A stretch of 64,000 bases of DNA from Trichosphaerium sp. ATCC 40318 (Eukaryota; Protista; Tubulinea): NCBI GenBank assembly GCA_038496445.1, contig JALMLS010000208.1, positions 62,001 to 126,000 on the forward strand, given 5' to 3'. Under the pieces are notes generated by a model that was given only the letters and a program-made list of their open reading frames with translations, was not told the DNA's origin and did no database searches. The position numbers were made by a program, and so were the translations under genes. This document shows, piece by piece, positions 62,415 to 64,000 of the stretch (positions are counted from its first letter, which is position 1; each line of letters opens with the position of its first letter).

Positions 62415-63189
62415 CTGAAGTATCTCCATGTAAAAAGTAAGTTCTGTCTCTAAAACTTCTGTAGTGGTAACACATAACTACAGCAAGCTGTATGGACCTC
62501 TGATTCAATAAAATACCAAGCAAGAGTGAGTATTTTGACATTTTCATTTAAATATTATGTTCATCAACTTCTATGAAAAAGTAACCTCCGTGTTTTGATA
62601 CCTAAATTATCAAATACTCTATAACTGCTGATAGGTAGACAATGGTTTATTGAGCACCTGTCTCCAAAAGGAAAGATTTGAAAAAGGTATCTGTGGGTTA
62701 GAATGATTGTTCAAAACAATGACCAATTTACAGCAATCAGGTATAGAGACTGGTGATGATAGCTTTATGTGGAACACTAAAAGTGATAAAAAATGCATGA
62801 TACGACATAATGTAATCCTTAATCACTACAGTGTTCAAGAATTACCTGCAAAACATGGTGGTGTTAGAGGAGAAGAATATGATCCCAGGCAGAAAAAACT
62901 CGTTTTTGGATTCAATGAAATAGTTGATTGAAGTACACTATTAATTACCAGCAAGTTCTGGTGCAACCAAATTGTAGACACAAATGTGCTCTGAAGCATA
63001 CCCAAAATTTGGCCAAAAATAACGTTTTTGAGGTGTGCTAGACTTTTTTTGAAAGTGTGAACTGCTTACAAAAATCGTCCCTATTCCAGGTCAATTCCTA
63101 TGTTCGTAAACTGCGTAAAAAAACTGTGGTAAAACTAGACAGAAATTTCCAGTTTGTTAATAGTGCGGTTACAACTACCTACAGCTGCA

Positions 63190-63518
63190 TTATGTCAATC
63201 CAACTACCAGATACCGAGTATCAAAGGTTTGTGGCCCCAATATCATTATATCCAACGTTTAACATTCCACACACGCAAATACTAAAAGTACTTTCAGGTG
63301 TACATACCATTGATCTTAGTTGTTGTGTTAATATTACAGATAAAGGTTTAAAATCGCTATCAGGAGTTCGTTCTATCAGTCTCTGTGATTGCAAAAATGT
63401 TAGAGATGAAGGTTTAAGGTCACTTTCAGGTGTTCATACCATCGATCTCAGTTATTGTAATTGTATTACAGCTAAGGTCATGTTATATTCATCAATCATC
63501 ATTTGTTTTCACGAATAA
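63190..63518 (+). pseudogene. Truncated LRR fragment of the F-box-LRR family
   Basis: Three LSGVHTIDLSxCxxITDxGLKSL repeats, with no F-box upstream. Confidence 0.75.
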
Positions 63519-64000
63519 AGGATAATGATAATTTTGGCTTGAATTGACTTCTTTCATTGCAACAAATCCAGAAAGCAATCTGCTTACATATCTAGTTATG
63601 GAACAAGTCCAATTCTTGTTAACATAGATGCTAAGAAGTTGCTTGCTTCATTGTTGATAATTAATAAAATTTATGCTGTCATCTGCTGCATGAGTGTTTG
63701 AGATTTTCACAAATTCTTTTTAGCTATCAAATACAGATCAATTCACTACCATTCGTACTATATAAGTTAATATAATGCATCCGAATAAACAGGTGGATTA
63801 GCTTTGATTCTGCCCAAAAACAACAGACAAAATAAACAAAGAGCCTCCTCTTATTTATAAATTCTTTATTATGTACATTGTTACATCATTTGGCTGAGTA
63901 TGATCAACTAGTTAATCACCACCCACAGGTACAAATCGTAGAGATAGGTATGCGAGAACACGGTAGAATACAAGCATGCCAAGTAAAACTACTACATCAA

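Noticed and set aside
1-64000. Alternative genetic code suggested by the many short ORFs
   Set aside because: Conserved genes (RPS11, dcd, FUCA, transposase) assemble cleanly via introns, with TAA, TAG and TGA used as stops.

Overview
AT-rich, gene-dense eukaryotic (protist) DNA using the standard genetic code. Introns are short (mostly about 40-110 nt), with GTAYGT/GTAAGT donors, CTAAC-type branch points and a few GC-AG introns. An intron-containing dCTP deaminase and the style of the membrane proteins suggest an amoebozoan (inference). Most real genes are split by introns and are only partly visible in the ORF track. Housekeeping and lysosomal genes: SPRY-SH3 protein, GH29 alpha-L-fucosidase, iduronate-2-sulfatase-like sulfatase, beta-helix carbohydrate enzyme, GHL15-like hydrolase, CNOT11, dcd, RPS11, mS37/MRP10 and a NudC-like protein. 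These are interspersed with a fast-turnover accessory repertoire: several F-box genes and pseudogenes (LRR, MORN-variant, and one with a histone H3 tail), a Crinkler-like REase-kinase, an inverted pair of surface-protein paralogs, and a small, highly cationic secreted peptide. Mobile DNA comprises an intact 2.5-kb hAT transposon with an 8-intron transposase and a 753-bp TA-flanked MITE that interrupts an exon. The most notable candidates are the histone-H3-tail/F-box fusion (51470, minus strand), the Arg-rich two-exon peptide (56511-56797), the F-box-MORN-CaaX protein and a strong window-wide excess of CACGTG. All gene models were assembled by eye and no database searches were run.
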